Part shown: positions 61,800 through 64,000 of the stretch, in pieces
How the letters are laid out: each line of letters begins with the position of its first letter
How positions within the stretch are numbered: the first letter of the stretch is position 1
Origin: Rhizodiscina lignyota
Taxonomy: Eukaryota
Assembly (NCBI GenBank): GCA_010015805.1
Contig: ML978128.1
Span: 124,001-188,000, forward strand
Direction of reading: 5' to 3'
Length of the DNA: 64,000 bases
Position numbers and translations under genes: made by a program
The notes under the pieces: model-generated
Databases searched by the model: none
What the model was told of the DNA's origin: nothing
The model's input: the letters and a program-made list of their open reading frames with translations, nothing else

Positions 61800-62578
61800 C
61801 CCATTCAAGTGCTAAACATTTCAGTCTGCTCTCGACGTACTAAACAATTTCCGTTTGAACGACCATTTCAAACAATGATGGATGATATTCTGGCGCTCAC
61901 ATTGAGGAAACTACCAAACCTTAAGATGGTCTCCTTCCAGGACCAAGTTATACAGCTAGGTAAACGCCGAAACCAATTACACTGTTTTAATCATAGAAAG
62001 AGAAGTGGCGCTTTCGAGTCTTGAGTGAATATTATGCCGTCCCAGGAGTCAAGCCTCTCACTTTTACCATCGGTCGTAAAACTAGGCTGCTCTCGACTTG
62101 CATACAAGGTCAAGAGAGTCAGGAAACTGCGCCTTGGGGAGACGATGTCGGCATGTCGAACATTCCGAAGATTTCGATATCCTGTGATAGGAGTTTTGTC
62201 TTTTCGCGTGGTGATTTCCTCGGCACAATTGCATCCACGCCAGTCGTCACTCATCCCGAGATCCGTGCCGATGGACACTGGGTTGAACTCGAAAGCATTC
62301 GTGAGATTCCGAGATTCCTGGGCGACTGCAACCTGCCGAATCTTCAAGACTTCAAGTTGGTCTCGACCAGACTGAACTATCGCTAGTTAGTCAGGTTCCT
62401 CCGGAGACATCGCTCTTCTCTGCGCAGCGAAGCGTCACTCTCGAGGATCTCGTGCATGTTGCCGATTCAGGACAAGAGGGAGCCAGCGCATGGACGGAGA
62501 TGATGGTTTTCCTGAGAGATGAAAGATCGATAATGAACATCAATCGAATTGGATCGATTTACGATATGGAGGAATAAT
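61800..62578 (+). pseudogene. Degenerate paralog-like remnant of the F-box/LRR-like gene at 53537-54973
   Basis: LRKLPNLKMVSF; LPNLQDFKL...R*LVRFLRRHRSSLRS; after a frameshift, WTEMMVFLRDE...GSIYD. In-frame stop at 62384-62386. Confidence 0.5.
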
Positions 62579-62907
62579 CATGGCATTTTACGACAGTAGA
62601 TAACAATGGACACAAAGATATTCTCAATTGACGTACTGTTAGGTCCATATCGGCAGTGTCACGATCAGCTTGAGAAGTATAGCGAGGGCCATCCCATAAG
62701 CCCGCGCACTCGTATTCGAAGAGCTTCGGGCGACTGGTCACTAAGCACACTGTAAATATCTGGTGTTCTGGGATTTAAGAGATTCGGCTGAGCTTACAGT
62801 TGCAGCTAAATTTTCGATACAATACAGTTCGTATGCAGAACCCCGCTTGGACGCTGACAAAATCGAGGTCATTTGATCCCACTGTTCTAGCTGTCCTTTT
62901 GCCCTAT

Positions 62908-63926
62908 CTAACCTCCTGATGCTTTCGTCGCCAACGTGCCACTCCCTCTTGAGCTGAAGATTGCCATTATCCCAAAGCCAAGATAAAAGAGTCCCAGTGG
63001 GTACGCCACCAACCACCTCATCTCGCTCATCCTACCCACTGCACAGAACATCGCGCTACTGCTATAAGTGCACCATAGGATTGCTGCGCTGACAAAGACA
63101 TACCCGAATAATCTGTCCATCGGCACTACGATGCCCACGAGGCTCGTTAACACAAGCGGCAGTAGGCAGTAGCCCAATACGGAGGCAGAGCGCAGGAATG
63201 TCAGTGAGCTGTTGAAATGCGAGCTCGTATGATGGACTTGTGAGGGAGGAGATGCTACGTTTTGTGCCGAAGGTTCAGAGGGCGGCGCCATGAGCGAGAA
63301 GATAGTGTGGAGGGTGACGGAGCCGAACGCGGCAAGGCCGTAGATGAAGCCAAAGTTTACCTTGCCGGACTATTTAATGCAATATTAGCTGGATTGCCTC
63401 ACGTGCGGAAGAGGATGGTGTTGTCCTTACCAATGCAAGGAATATGCCAAAGAGCAGCGCAAACAATATAGGACCCGCGAGGTCCGAATCATCCATGAGA
63501 TGCTGGTCTATTCGCGCCGTAGGGTTGAGCACTGAAAGAGTCTGACAGCAGCCGTATCGTGAGCGCCTGCTTCCGCTACTTCAAAGCGGGCAAACCTACC
63601 TTTGTCTTGATGTGATCGAAATTGACGCCAAGCTCTTCCAATAATGGAGGCTCCCCATCATATCCTTCGGTTCCAAAGGCCGCCAGCCAACCTGTTCTCA
63701 ATCCGCCTTGCTCTCCCATGCGCCCACTGACGCCAGGTTGGCCTCCAAAGCCGCCCCCAAAGCCTGCATTTGAGAATGCATTTGATTGTGCGCTGCCCGT
63801 GTATGCTTGGAAGGGCGTCGACTGGCCGGAGACGGGGGGTTGCGAGTATCCGGAGGAGTAGAAGTTGAGATTTTGAGGGTTCGATTGCGGGTAAGCGGGT
63901 TGGTTGGGTTGGTAGTAGTTGGCCAT
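62908..63926 (-). CDS. YIP1: Yip1-family ER/Golgi trafficking membrane protein, 3 exons
   Basis: EPPLLEELGVNFDHIK, DSDLAGP, FGFIYG, SVLGYCLLPLV, LVAYPLGLFY. Confidence 0.92.
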
Positions 63927-64000
63927 GTTGGCCAGTTTGCGGAGAAGGCGACGCGCGATGCGGTGGAGAAGAGAAAGGCGGCGTCGTGAAGACCTTTGAA

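Overview
Gene-dense eukaryotic DNA with short GT..AG introns and CTRAY branch points, from a filamentous ascomycete (Pezizomycotina; Dothideomycete-like is an inference). It carries about 22 intact genes: RPC31-like, HSM3-like, mitochondrial GatA, AFG2, a DAG/sphingosine-kinase-like gene, an RRM protein, MED27-like, NIC96, a CFEM protein, GCIP-like, two Zn2Cys6 factors, a GPI-anchored mucin/adhesin, PP5/PPT1, an F-box-like gene, a hybrid histidine kinase, YIP1 and several hypotheticals. Four disrupted accessory genes lie between them: PD-(D/E)xK-like, glyoxalase, HET-ankyrin and an F-box-like paralog. The main result is missing from the ORF track. It is a spliced, nuclear-encoded ATP synthase subunit 8 (atp8, normally on mtDNA) fused to an 89-residue N-terminal extension that begins with a mitochondrial presequence (26363-26844, minus strand). 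Other highlights are an 84-bp MITE-like element with a perfect 9-bp target-site duplication, two long self-complementary non-coding regions, and telomere-like motifs in several promoters. Family assignments come from recognising motifs by eye; no database search was run.
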